Of a stretch of DNA of 64,000 bases, positions 50,282 through 59,534 are shown piece after piece; the stretch's first letter is position 1; each line of letters begins with the position of its first letter. Made by a program: the position numbers and the translations under genes. Under the pieces are notes generated by a model. The model searched no databases. It was not told where the DNA came from and saw nothing but the letters and a program-made list of their open reading frames with translations. The stretch spans positions 1,182 through 65,181 of the forward strand of contig JAYVJM010000079.1 of assembly GCA_043769275.1 (NCBI GenBank), in the 5' to 3' direction. The DNA comes from Cellvibrionales bacterium (GTDB taxonomy: Bacteria > Pseudomonadota > Gammaproteobacteria > Pseudomonadales > UBA7239).

Positions 50282-52366
50282 ATGCGCACCATTTTATTTT
50301 CTTATCTACTATTCGCCGCTGTTATTTCATTTTTATCCAGTTTTGCGCTGGCCTCGCCCCCCCCCCAAAGTCTGCCAGAAACCGTGGTGACCGCCGCCAG
50401 AACGGCGCAGCCTTTAACCGTGGTGCTGGATGCCAAAACCCCGCACCAACCCTTGCCTGCGCAGGATGGTGCAGACTATTTAAAGGCAATTCCGGGCTTT
50501 TCTGTGGTGCGCAAAGGCGGCTCGGGCGGCGACCCTGTTTTTCGCGGCATGGCCGGCTCGCGCCTGAATATATTGCAAGATGGCGAAACCCTGCTGGGCG
50601 GTTGCGGCGGACGTATGGATCCACCAACAGCCTATATATACCCACAAAGCTACGACACCGTCACGCTCATAAAAGGGCCGCAAACAGTGCTGTACGGGGC
50701 GGGCAACGCGGCCGGCGTTGTGCTGTTTGAGCGTGAACGTGAACGCCTGAACGACAAGGAAGCAAAAGCCTACGCCAGTGCCTTGGGCGGCGACTTTGGC
50801 CGTCACGAAGAGGTATTGGATGCGCGCGGAGGCGTACCCGAGGCGTATCTACGCGGCGCAGTTACCAACGCACACCAAGGCGACTACCGCGATGGCGATG
50901 GCCAAAAAATCCATTCGCGCTACTCACGCGCCAGTGCGAATGGTGCCGTGGGTTTCACGCCTACTGAAAACAGCTTGCTTGAAGTGGCTGGTGCGCATAG
51001 CGATGGCGAGGCAGCCTATGCCGATCGCGGCATGGACGGCGCGCAGTTCACGCGCGACAACCTTGGCCTACGGCTACAACAAGACAACTTAAGCGAGCAC
51101 TGGAAAAAACTGGAGCTGCACAGTTACTACAATAATATCGACCACGTTATGGACAACTACAGCCTGCGTCCCTTAAACGGCGCAACACCAAAAGCCTCCA
51201 ATCCTTCACGTAAAGTGGTGGGCGGGCGTATCGCCGCGACGCTGGCGCTGACGGAACGCACGCAGACCGTCATAGGGCTTGATACCCTGCGCGATCAGCA
51301 CAGCAAACGCATAACGCTGAATCAAAGTTTATTGCCCTATCAAGACGTGCCGCGCACGGAGGATGCTCGCTTTGAACAGACAGGCGTTTTTGGCGAGGTC
51401 ACGCACCACTACAACACACAGCAACGGCTAATTAGCGGCTTGCGACAAGATCACTGGTGGGCGGAAGACCAGCGCAGCAAGATCAATATGCAAGCGAACC
51501 CCACCGCCGACCACGAACGCACAGCCCGCCTTAACAGCGGCTTTATGCGTTACGAACACGATGTAGCATCACTTGGCGGCACGCTGTATGCCGGCTTAGG
51601 CCACAGCGAACGCTTTCCTGATTACTGGGAATTGATAGCCAAAGAAAGTGCGCACAGCACCAGTGCTTTTGATGCCAAACCTGAAAAAACGACACAACTA
51701 GATACCGGCTACCTGTTTCACAGCGGCCAACTGAGCGGCGGTCTTTCGGCGTTTTACAACGAGATAAACGATTTTTTGCTGATTGAATCTGATTTTGCCA
51801 AACCCACCACCGGCCTACAGCGCTTTACGAAACCTTGCGGCTGCACAATGATAAAAACCGTAAAAGGGATACGCACGACCAGCATCACGCGCAATGTGGA
51901 TGCCCACACATGGGGTGGCGAAGCGGGCATTGGCTACGCCCTAAACCCCGTCTGGCGCACGGATGCGACACTGGCTTATGTACACGGCCAAAACAACACA
52001 GACAACCACCCATTGGCACAAATGCCCCCACTGGAAAGCCGCTTTAGCCTGATGTATGACGATGGAACATGGTCTTACGGCGGCCTGCTGCGCATGGTGG
52101 CAAAGCAGACGCGCGTGAGCCTTCACCAAGGCACCATTGCCGGACAAGATATTGACGAATCTAGCGGTTTTAGTGTGTTTTCGCTTAACGCTAGCTGGCG
52201 CGCAAACGCTCACGTACAGCTCACAGCGGGCATCGACAACCTGCTAGACAAAAACTACGCCGAACACCTCAGCCGTGCCGATGCAACGATGACAGGTTAC
52301 GATCAAATTCGGCAGGTCAATGAACCAGGGCAAACCGTGTGGGCGCAGGTACAGGGCTTTTTTTAG
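50282..52366 (+). CDS. oprC: TonB-dependent copper receptor, OprC/NosA type
   Basis: It has a signal peptide, a TonB box (ETVVTAAR), a plug domain and a terminal aromatic residue (VQGFF). CGGRM (Cys, then Met four residues later) and HVM (His-x-Met) sit at the positions expected for the OprC Cys/Met/His/Met copper site. Confidence 0.8.
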   Translation: MRTILFSYLLFAAVISFLSSFALASPPPQSLPETVVTAARTAQPLTVVLDAKTPHQPLPAQDGADYLKAIPGFSVVRKGGSGGDPVFRGMAGSRLNILQDGETLLGGCGGRMDPPTAYIYPQSYDTVTLIKGPQTVLYGAGNAAGVVLFERERERLNDKEAKAYASALGGDFGRHEEVLDARGGVPEAYLRGAVTNAHQGDYRDGDGQKIHSRYSRASANGAVGFTPTENSLLEVAGAHSDGEAAYADRGMDGAQFTRDNLGLRLQQDNLSEHWKKLELHSYYNNIDHVMDNYSLRPLNGATPKASNPSRKVVGGRIAATLALTERTQTVIGLDTLRDQHSKRITLNQSLLPYQDVPRTEDARFEQTGVFGEVTHHYNTQQRLISGLRQDHWWAEDQRSKINMQANPTADHERTARLNSGFMRYEHDVASLGGTLYAGLGHSERFPDYWELIAKESAHSTSAFDAKPEKTTQLDTGYLFHSGQLSGGLSAFYNEINDFLLIESDFAKPTTGLQRFTKPCGCTMIKTVKGIRTTSITRNVDAHTWGGEAGIGYALNPVWRTDATLAYVHGQNNTDNHPLAQMPPLESRFSLMYDDGTWSYGGLLRMVAKQTRVSLHQGTIAGQDIDESSGFSVFSLNASWRANAHVQLTAGIDNLLDKNYAEHLSRADATMTGYDQIRQVNEPGQTVWAQVQGFF
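50357..50366 (+). repeat. C10 homopolymeric tract in the oprC-like 5' coding region
   Basis: Read directly: tcg ccc ccc ccc caa (S P P P Q), immediately after the predicted signal peptide. Confidence 0.95.
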
Positions 52367-52407
52367 CAGCGATTTGACACATTGAAAACACCATCTTGAA
52401 CAGGCGA

Positions 52408-53400
52408 TTAGGGCGCGCGTGCCGTCAAAATAGCGCGCTTAGGCGCGGGATACCCTTCAACCGTTTTGCTGGCATCGGCAGGGTCGAGAAAGTCCAGCAG
52501 TGATTGAAAACGCATCCAGTCGGTGCTGCGCTGCTCCTCGACTGTCGTGGTTTCCACATTCACCACACGCACATCGCGGAAACGGTTTTTGTGCAGCCAG
52601 CACTTTACGGCCTCAACGCTGGGAATAAACCACACATTGCCCATACGGGCGTAACGATCTTTCGGCACCAGCGCGGTGTTCGCGCAACCCTCCACGACGA
52701 GCGTTTCAAGCACCAACTGGCCGCCTGGCTTAAGCAGTTGGCGCAACGCTAAAAGGTGATCCATCGGTGAACGGCGGTGATACAGCACGCCCATTGAAAA
52801 CACCGTATCGAACGCTTGCAAATGGGGCGGCATGTCTTCAATGCCCAGCGGCAGCACGAAAAGTTTTGCGCTGCGAATGTAATGTTGCAGCGCAGCGTAC
52901 TGCACCACAAACAACGGCGAAGGGTCGATGCCGACCACTAACTCTGCGCCCGCCCCCACCATACGCCAGCCGTGATACCCGCTGCCGCAGCCTATATCCA
53001 ATACGGTTTTCCCAGTGAGATCGTCAATAAACGGCGCGAGGCGCTGCCATTTCCAGTCAGAGCGCCATTCGGTGTCAATCACAGTGCTGAACAAATCAAA
53101 AGGCCCTTTGCGCCACGGATGCAAACCGCGCAGCGCGTTTTCAAGCGTCACCTGTGTTGTCATCTCAAGCGGCTTTTGTGCACGCAAGGTGATGCAGTCG
53201 GCATCCAAAACAATGCGGCTAGGCTCGAGCGTCGGCAATTGCTGCAAGCAGTCGAGCCAGCGCGGCAAATCGCCCCAACGCTCGGCATTAAAGTTGTTGG
53301 CGACAGTGTTATTTAATGAGGCCACCCACGGCGCGAGAGGTGTATTTTGCAGGCGCGCCAACAGAGGCGCGTAAGTGCTTTGAATAAAAGATGCAATCAC
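52408..53400 (-). CDS. cmoB: tRNA U34 carboxymethyltransferase
   Basis: WRKGPFDLF..IDTEWRSDWKW and VLDIGCGSGYH. It overlaps the cmoA stop. Confidence 0.92.
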   Translation of the reverse strand: MIASFIQSTYAPLLARLQNTPLAPWVASLNNTVANNFNAERWGDLPRWLDCLQQLPTLEPSRIVLDADCITLRAQKPLEMTTQVTLENALRGLHPWRKGPFDLFSTVIDTEWRSDWKWQRLAPFIDDLTGKTVLDIGCGSGYHGWRMVGAGAELVVGIDPSPLFVVQYAALQHYIRSAKLFVLPLGIEDMPPHLQAFDTVFSMGVLYHRRSPMDHLLALRQLLKPGGQLVLETLVVEGCANTALVPKDRYARMGNVWFIPSVEAVKCWLHKNRFRDVRVVNVETTTVEEQRSTDWMRFQSLLDFLDPADASKTVEGYPAPKRAILTARAP

Positions 53401-54116
53401 TTAATGGCGACCAAAGAAACAAAACTAAAACACTGAAACCAAACACCAAAATGGCTGAATCCCGCTTTTTTTAGGCGCTCTTGATGGGTTTTTAGGTTTT
53501 CTGGCAGCAGAACGTTTTCCAGCGCGGTGCGCTTCTGCGCCACTTCCAATGCTGAATAGCCGTTGGATTTTTTGAAGTCGTGGTACAAATCTGTATTGAG
53601 CTGCTGCATCAGCGGATTATCAAAGGCAATTTTCTCCGACAAAACCAGCACGCCATTTGGCAATAAACCCGCATAAATACGCTGAATAACCGCATCACGT
53701 TCCGCCAGCGGCACAAATTGCAGCGTGAAATTCAGCACAACCACCGAAGCGTTTTCGATGGCCACATCTTGCAGGTCAGCGCACAACAGTTGCGGCGCTG
53801 TCGTCGCGACATGCGCCAATGCTGCTTTGCATCGCGTCAGCATGGCGGGCGAATTATCGACGGCGATAAATTCAACATCGCGACCAGACAACTGCGCTAC
53901 CATAGCCAACGTAGATGCCCCAAGCGAACAGCCCAAGTCGTAACAGCGACTGCGATCCTGCGCGTGGCGCGCAGCCAAAAGCCCCGTCATAGCAATGATC
54001 GTGCTGTAACCTGGCACCGAACGCTGAATCATATCGGGGAAAACAGCAGCTACCGCATCATCAAATGCAAAGGGCGCAATAGCATCAAGTTCGGCAGAGT
54101 AAATAGCGTCGTGCAT
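53397..54116 (-). CDS. cmoA: carboxy-S-adenosyl-L-methionine synthase
   Basis: FDDAVAAVFPDMIQRSVPGYS and YDLGCSLGA. It is paired with cmoB. Confidence 0.92.
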   Translation of the reverse strand: MHDAIYSAELDAIAPFAFDDAVAAVFPDMIQRSVPGYSTIIAMTGLLAARHAQDRSRCYDLGCSLGASTLAMVAQLSGRDVEFIAVDNSPAMLTRCKAALAHVATTAPQLLCADLQDVAIENASVVVLNFTLQFVPLAERDAVIQRIYAGLLPNGVLVLSEKIAFDNPLMQQLNTDLYHDFKKSNGYSALEVAQKRTALENVLLPENLKTHQERLKKAGFSHFGVWFQCFSFVSLVAIK

Positions 54117-54124
54117 AGAGAAAA

Positions 54125-55330
54125 CTAGGGGGCTGAAGGGGGCGTTTGAGCGACTTGCAAGCTCCAGTTCACAGCGGCTTCATCCGGCTTTACGAGGTCA
54201 AAGGCGATATGAACGGGCTGTCCGACGGGCATCATCGTTTTCCCTGCCCACTGACTGCCGAGGTATTCCTTCGGCTCAAAACGACGACTGGCAACCGGCT
54301 GTTGCGCTAAGTTTTGGAAATACATATCCAGTTTTGGGAAAGGCTGTGGCTGTTCGGCCTCATTCAACAAAACAGCCTCCACTGCCAGCGCATCTGTACT
54401 GGGATCGGGGCGCACCAGTAACTGGGAAATTTTGATGGTGCGCCAACTTTCCTCCAATGGCAGGGAACAGCCTAGCGTGCGACATAGCGACTGCAACCAC
54501 GGGCGCGTTTCTTCCTGTTTCACCAGTTGATCGAAGTGAAAAAACACGTACTGAGCCAAGGCTAACGCGAGCAATAGCGCAGCCAGCAACGTCCACAACA
54601 CCTGCATTTTCCACTGCGACGGCGTGGGCGCGACAGCCATCTCAACCGGCGCAGGATCAATATGAGCAATCATGGTGGCGCGCCGCGCGCTAAGTGGCGG
54701 TTCAGCAGCCAAGGTGTCGTCAAATACAGGGTAATCAGGCGTGTTGGCGGCGGCTCTCTGGCCGGCAGATTGATCTTGCCGATACGTGTTTTGCTTGCCG
54801 ATTTTCCCGCTTATATCCACACACGGCAGCGCCTCTACTTCCTCTATTTCAACACTTGTTTCGGCCACGCTTTCTGCATCTATTGCCGCTTCTGTTTCGG
54901 CCTGTGTTGCAAATCCGCTGATCAGTTCACGCGCCCATGATTCGTTTACGACAATAGAACTCGATGCCGTTTCGGTGCCGCTTGTCGCCGTGTCATCGGC
55001 AGGCGCTCTACGGTAATCCCGCTCCTCAAAAAGAGGCTGCCTTGTCACGGCAGGCTCAGCCACCACCGCGTCCGCAGTCTGCATTTGACGATCTAGGTTC
55101 GCCTGATCAAAAGGAAATCGCATTTCGTTAACCGGTACGGTCGCGCTTTGAGCGGGTGCGGCAGGCACTTCAAGGTCGGCGAAGTTGGTGGCCACCACCC
55201 AGTGCTGGCGCGCTTGGAAAACATGCAGGCAAGCCCCACAGCGCACCGCGCCATTGGCTATCGCCAGTTGAGCGTCAGTAATTTTAAAAGCGGTCTGGCA
55301 CTGCGGACAGCGTGTCACCATTTTGCTCAT
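54125..55330 (-). CDS. zinc-ribbon (MJ0042-type) / DUF3426-like membrane protein
   Basis: I set the start at MSKMVTRCPQCQTAFKITDAQLAIANGAVRCGACLHVF (55330). It has one TM segment (VLWTLLAALLLALALAQYVFF) and a C-terminal DUF3426-like domain. Confidence 0.7.
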   Translation of the reverse strand: MSKMVTRCPQCQTAFKITDAQLAIANGAVRCGACLHVFQARQHWVVATNFADLEVPAAPAQSATVPVNEMRFPFDQANLDRQMQTADAVVAEPAVTRQPLFEERDYRRAPADDTATSGTETASSSIVVNESWARELISGFATQAETEAAIDAESVAETSVEIEEVEALPCVDISGKIGKQNTYRQDQSAGQRAAANTPDYPVFDDTLAAEPPLSARRATMIAHIDPAPVEMAVAPTPSQWKMQVLWTLLAALLLALALAQYVFFHFDQLVKQEETRPWLQSLCRTLGCSLPLEESWRTIKISQLLVRPDPSTDALAVEAVLLNEAEQPQPFPKLDMYFQNLAQQPVASRRFEPKEYLGSQWAGKTMMPVGQPVHIAFDLVKPDEAAVNWSLQVAQTPPSAP

Positions 55331-55505
55331 TGCCGATTCCTGTTGGGTGTGCCACTTGATGGGGCATTTAGTGTAATGCAGGCTGCGTATTGTCACATCC
55401 TCAATTTGTGCGCAAAGTCGCGAAGTGATGCCTAGCCGCTGCGCCTGCTTTTATGCACAATGCCGAAGCATCAAAAACTACCCTATAAAAAATAAGGAGA
55501 TCGCC

Positions 55506-56765
55506 ATGAGCGAGACAATTGAGCACAGAAAAACCATGAACGCCAGTCAACGCGCAGATTATGACCCTTATTCGCATGCGGCAATGCAAGACCCTTATCC
55601 GCTGTATGCTGCGATGCGCCGCGAAGGAAAGCCCCATTTCATGCCTAAATACAACGGCTGGGCTTTGGCGCGCTTCCAAGATATTTGGGATGCCAGCACG
55701 AAAGTAGATGACAACGTCACCTTCACCAAAGGCCAAACCCCCGGCCAAGTTCTGCTCGGCGAGCCAGTACCCAGGACGTTTATGACGATGGACGCACCAG
55801 AGCACCGCCAATGGCGCGGCCTCATTCGACAGGAATTCACACCAGAAGGCGTGCGCGAAAGCGAGCAGCGTCTGCGCCAATTAACCCGCGATTTACTCGA
55901 GCCCCTGCTCAAAAAAGGCGAGTTTGATGTTTACAGCGAATTGGCCAACCGCGTCACCTGCATCAACGCCGGTTATAACCTCGGCCTGCCGCAAGAAGAC
56001 GCCGAAAAATGGCGCGCATTAATTGACGACATGCTGCACCGTGAGCACGGTCAAGTCGGTGGCGGTTCGCCACGCAATCAGGCCGCCGCCGGCGAGTTGT
56101 TTGGCTATTTTGGGCAATACGTTGCCGAGCTGCGCAGCAATCCCGCGCTCGCACAGCGTTACACCAAACTCTTTTTGGATGCCAACATTGATGGCCGCAC
56201 GCTCAACGACGAAGAAATGATGTTTTATCTATTCTCGCTGCTGGTCGTCGGCTCTGAAACAACGCCGATCACGGTGGCGGGAACGCTGTGGAACTTAGAG
56301 CAGCACCCCGAACAAAAAGCCGCAGTTTTAGACGGTGTTGCGCGGCAAGACATGGGCTTACTGCGAAAAGCTTTTTTGGAAACGGCGCGCTACGACCAAC
56401 CCACAAACATGCTGGCACGTGTAGCCAAGCGCGACTTTGAACTGAACGGCGCGCACATCAAAAAAGACCAGCCGCTGTTGTTTTTATATGCCTCTGCTGA
56501 ACGCGATGAAAGCGTTTATCCGCATGCCGATCAGTTCGACTTATACCGTCAGCCCACGGAAAAAAGCCTGATGTTTGGTCACGGCGGCCACAAATGCTTA
56601 GGCATGCACCTAGGCGTGATGATGGGCTGCATTCTATTAGAGGAAATTGTGAACGCGGTGGGTGACTACACCGTGGTAAGCGACCAATGCGAACGCCTAT
56701 ACGGCGAACATTTGTCCGGCTGGGGCAAATTAGTTATCCGCTTTCAACCAAAAAGAAGCGTGTGA
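55506..56765 (+). CDS. cytochrome P450
   Basis: It has the heme-thiolate loop FGHGGHKCLGMHLG, the I-helix LLVVGSETT and ExxR (ETARYD). The ATG at 55506 is preceded by AAGGAG. No redox-partner gene is adjacent. Confidence 0.9.
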   Translation: MSETIEHRKTMNASQRADYDPYSHAAMQDPYPLYAAMRREGKPHFMPKYNGWALARFQDIWDASTKVDDNVTFTKGQTPGQVLLGEPVPRTFMTMDAPEHRQWRGLIRQEFTPEGVRESEQRLRQLTRDLLEPLLKKGEFDVYSELANRVTCINAGYNLGLPQEDAEKWRALIDDMLHREHGQVGGGSPRNQAAAGELFGYFGQYVAELRSNPALAQRYTKLFLDANIDGRTLNDEEMMFYLFSLLVVGSETTPITVAGTLWNLEQHPEQKAAVLDGVARQDMGLLRKAFLETARYDQPTNMLARVAKRDFELNGAHIKKDQPLLFLYASAERDESVYPHADQFDLYRQPTEKSLMFGHGGHKCLGMHLGVMMGCILLEEIVNAVGDYTVVSDQCERLYGEHLSGWGKLVIRFQPKRSV

Positions 56766-56769
56766 TCTC

Positions 56770-56806
56770 CCGCTCGTGCTGAGTTACGCGCTTTTTGCGC
56801 GTAGCC
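56770..56806. repeat. repeat-family-related hairpin (copy J) between convergent P450 and mutM
   Basis: ccgctcgtgctgagttacgcg resembles the inner arm of copy D. The hairpin tacgcgc-ttttt-gcgcgta lies at 56786-56804. Confidence 0.55.
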
Positions 56807-56827
56807 AAGCATGCGCCATAAAACCAT

Positions 56828-57643
56828 CTAAATTTGACACTGCGGGCACCACACGGTGCTACGCTGGCCAAGCTTGGCTTCTAGCAAGCGGCCTTGGCAT
56901 CGTGTACATGGCAGACCGCCACGTCCGTAAACCTGTAGCTCTTGCGCAAAGTAGCCGAGCGCACCTTCGACTCCCACAAAGTCGCGCAGGGTAGTGCCGC
57001 CACGCTGGATGGCGCAAGTCAATACGTCGCGCAACACGCACACCAGCCGCGCGCTTTCGTTTTTCGTAAGAGAGCCTGCCTCGCGCAGCGGCAAAATACC
57101 CGCGATAAAAAGGGACTCATTAGCGTAAATATTGCCAATGCCCACCACAATGTGACTGTCCATCACGAATGTTTTAATCGACTGTTTGCGCCGACGACTC
57201 ACATTGAATAGGTAGTGCGAGCTAAACGCATGCGTCAACGGCTCTGGCCCCAGCTTCGCCAGTAAAACGTGCTTGCATGGGCTTGTTGTCGTCCATAACC
57301 ACGCGCCGAAACGACGCGGGTCACGGTAGCGCAGGCAGCGGCCATTGCTCAATACAAGATCAATATGCTCGTGTTTGCCGCAAGGCAAATGCGCCTCAAC
57401 CAGCCGCAAGCTGCCCGACATACCCAAGTGCACAATCAGCGTGCCGTTCTCACAGGCGATCAGTAGATATTTGGCGCGACGCGTAACGTCGAGGATACGT
57501 TGATTTTCGAGTATTTTTTCCAGCCCATCTTCCACAGGCCAGCGTAAACGGCGCTCACGCACCTGCAAATGGCTGACGGTCTGCGAGAGCAAGTAAGGCC
57601 GTATGCCACGTAACGTGGTTTCAACTTCTGGCAGTTCGGGCAT
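56828..57643 (-). CDS. mutM: formamidopyrimidine-DNA glycosylase
   Basis: It has the MPELPEVET N-terminus and a C-terminal zinc finger (CTRCQG...CPQCQ). Confidence 0.96.
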   Translation of the reverse strand: MPELPEVETTLRGIRPYLLSQTVSHLQVRERRLRWPVEDGLEKILENQRILDVTRRAKYLLIACENGTLIVHLGMSGSLRLVEAHLPCGKHEHIDLVLSNGRCLRYRDPRRFGAWLWTTTSPCKHVLLAKLGPEPLTHAFSSHYLFNVSRRRKQSIKTFVMDSHIVVGIGNIYANESLFIAGILPLREAGSLTKNESARLVCVLRDVLTCAIQRGGTTLRDFVGVEGALGYFAQELQVYGRGGLPCTRCQGRLLEAKLGQRSTVWCPQCQI

Positions 57644-57654
57644 GTCAGATCAAA

Positions 57655-57685
57655 ACCAAAAAGCCCAGCGAGCGCTGGGCTTTTT
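57655..57685 (-). terminator. Rho-independent terminator after rpmG
   Basis: On the minus strand, aaaaagcccagcg-ct-cgctgggc is followed by tttttggtttt. Confidence 0.75.
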
Positions 57686-57718
57686 ATATGAAGACAAAAC
57701 ATCAAGCCAAAAGCAGAA

Positions 57719-57874
57719 TTACTTGATTTTGGCTTCTTTGTACATTACGTGTTGGCGGATAACAGGATCAAATTTTTTGATCTCCATTTTTTCCGGCATA
57801 GTACGTTTGTTCTTGTCGGTGGTGTAAAAGTGACCAGTGCCAGCCGAAGACACCAAGCGAATTTTATCGCGCAT
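57719..57874 (-). CDS. rpmG: 50S ribosomal protein L33
   Basis: It is not in the ORF track (51 aa). My own translation gives [51 protein letters not shown]. It lies directly downstream of rpmB. Confidence 0.95.
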   Translation of the reverse strand: MRDKIRLVSSAGTGHFYTTDKNKRTMPEKMEIKKFDPVIRQHVMYKEAKIK

Positions 57875-57904
57875 GATCGTTATCTCCTAAAAAATGTTGA
57901 GGGC

Positions 57905-58159
57905 TCAGACTTGCTCGCTGCGGCGCACCTGTTCATTGCGGCCGCATATATCTGCCAGCACAACATCAATGCCGACTTTGTCGATTGTGCGCATGCCCTT
58001 GGAAGAGACACGCAGACGCACAAAGCGGTTTTCTGATGCCACCCAAAAGCGGTGGTAGTGTAAATTTGGCTCAAAACGGCGACGTGTGCGGTTTTTAGCG
58101 TGGGATACGTTGTTGCCGGTCATGGGTTTTTTGCCGGTCACGATACAAACTTTTGACAT
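57905..58159 (-). CDS. rpmB: 50S ribosomal protein L28
   Basis: [41 protein letters not shown] set the start at the internal ATG at 58159, preceded by AAAGGTG. Confidence 0.95.
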   Translation of the reverse strand: MSKVCIVTGKKPMTGNNVSHAKNRTRRRFEPNLHYHRFWVASENRFVRLRVSSKGMRTIDKVGIDVVLADICGRNEQVRRSEQV

Positions 58160-58223
58160 GTGTACACCTTTAAAACAAATGCGGCCTGAAATGGGCATGG
58201 CGAAGCCGCGCAAAGAGCTGCGC

Positions 58224-58252
58224 TTTATAGCAGAGGGACACGCGAGAGGCAA
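58224..58252 (-). promoter_or_regulatory. candidate sigma-70 promoter for rpmB-rpmG
   Basis: The minus strand reads TTGCCT, a 17-nt spacer, then TATAAA. It lies ~65 nt upstream of the rpmB ATG. Confidence 0.35.
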
Positions 58253-58292
58253 GAAAAAGATAGTTGACTGCGCGAATCAAACCCAATTCTGG

Positions 58293-58321
58293 TTGGACAT
58301 AGCTTTGTATTGCTATAGAAT
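58293..58321 (+). promoter_or_regulatory. candidate sigma-70 promoter for tRNA-Leu with GC-rich discriminator
   Basis: TTGGAC, a 17-nt spacer, then TAGAAT, followed by gcgcgcc. It ends 13 nt before the tRNA 5' end. Confidence 0.4.
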
Positions 58322-58333
58322 GCGCGCCTCCGT

Positions 58334-58418
58334 GCCTGAGTGGCGGAATCGGTAGACGCGCACGACTCAAACTCGTGTTCCTAACGGAGTGAGAGTTCGA
58401 GTCTCTCCTCAGGCACCA
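58334..58418 (+). tRNA. tRNA-Leu (anticodon CAA), type II with long variable arm, encoded CCA
   Basis: I folded it by hand. The acceptor stem is GCCTGAG/CTCAGGC, the anticodon stem is CACGA/TCGTG with loop CTCAAAC, and the T arm is GAGAG-TTCGAGT-CTCTC. It has a 3' ACCA. Confidence 0.92.
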
Positions 58419-58496
58419 ATTAATGGCTTTTTACTCTGCCGCAACTTGCCGCATTATGTTTTTTACGTCCCAGGAATTTGACGTATCGTCTGGGGC

Positions 58497-59435
58497 TTAC
58501 CCCCATCGAACCGGCATTTTGTGTTCCCTGTGATAGCGCAAACGCAGCAAGTATTCCGCCGAGGGCTTGAGCGTTTGCCGCGTTTTTGTGCGCTCTACCC
58601 ATAATCGCGACAGCCAAAAACGCGCAGCCGCTAACTGCAATAGTGTCGGCCAGTGCTGTTGCTCATGAGCGGTGACATGTCGCTGAGCACAATAGGCACT
58701 CACCATAGTTTGGGCAAGCACTTCGTCCACCGATCCATTGGCCAGCGCGCACCAATCATTGATGGCAATAGCCAAATCCAGCAGCAGCACATCGGTACCG
58801 GCGTGGTAAAAATCAATAACGCCAGCCAACTGCTCGCCGCCTCCTACAAAAAGTGCATTGTCGCGAAAAAGATCACCGTGAATGATGCCCTGCGGCAAGC
58901 CTTGCGCTCGCACAAAAACAGCATTGTTTATCTGTTCCGTTAGCAGATTTTTTTCATCATCGAGCAGATTAGGCAGGTGCTGTTGCGATGTTTGCATCCA
59001 CTGCGTGCCGTGCGGGTTGATGCGGGCTTCAGGGTAATTCGCGGTGCGCGTGTGCATCTCCCCCAAAAAAGCCCCGATAGCCGCACAATGTGCCGCATGC
59101 ACATTCATCACATGCGCGCCCGTCAAGCGCGGAAACAACAGCGCTGGTTTGCCCGACAAACAATGTAGCGTTTTACCTTGCTGGTCGGCCAGCGGATAAG
59201 CCACCGGCAGCTTGTGCGCATGCAGCTCCGTCATAAGGCTTATAAAAAACGGCAGTTCTTGCGACGACAACGCCTCAAACAACGTTAGCACCCACTCACG
59301 CTCACCGGCGCGCAAAAAATAGGTGCTGTTTTCAATGCCGTCACTGGCACCTTGGCAAGAAAATGGCACGTGGATGCCGTAGTCTCGCAACATAACTGCC
59401 AGCTCTTGTTCGTTGATGGGCGTGTAAAAAGCCAT
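58497..59435 (-). CDS. thrB: homoserine kinase, type II (APH-fold ThrB as in Pseudomonas)
   Basis: I set the start at MAFYTPINEQELAVMLRDYG (59435). It has the kinase catalytic motif IIHGDLFRDNALF. It lies beside polA, as in Pseudomonas. Confidence 0.85.
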   Translation of the reverse strand: MAFYTPINEQELAVMLRDYGIHVPFSCQGASDGIENSTYFLRAGEREWVLTLFEALSSQELPFFISLMTELHAHKLPVAYPLADQQGKTLHCLSGKPALLFPRLTGAHVMNVHAAHCAAIGAFLGEMHTRTANYPEARINPHGTQWMQTSQQHLPNLLDDEKNLLTEQINNAVFVRAQGLPQGIIHGDLFRDNALFVGGGEQLAGVIDFYHAGTDVLLLDLAIAINDWCALANGSVDEVLAQTMVSAYCAQRHVTAHEQQHWPTLLQLAAARFWLSRLWVERTKTRQTLKPSAEYLLRLRYHREHKMPVRWG

Positions 59436-59534
59436 GGAAATATCGCAAAAGGATGAAGCCAATTCTAGGCGGTATCCGGCCGCGCACGCGACAATGCTAT
59501 TCTTTCGCACCGCAAAACCGGACTATTCCTCACC

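Noticed and set aside
58334-58418. tRNA-Leu was considered as a genomic-island integration site.
   Set aside because: No integrase, no direct repeat of the tRNA 3' end and no atypical gene block lies next to it. The neighbours are rpmBG and thrB-polA core genes.
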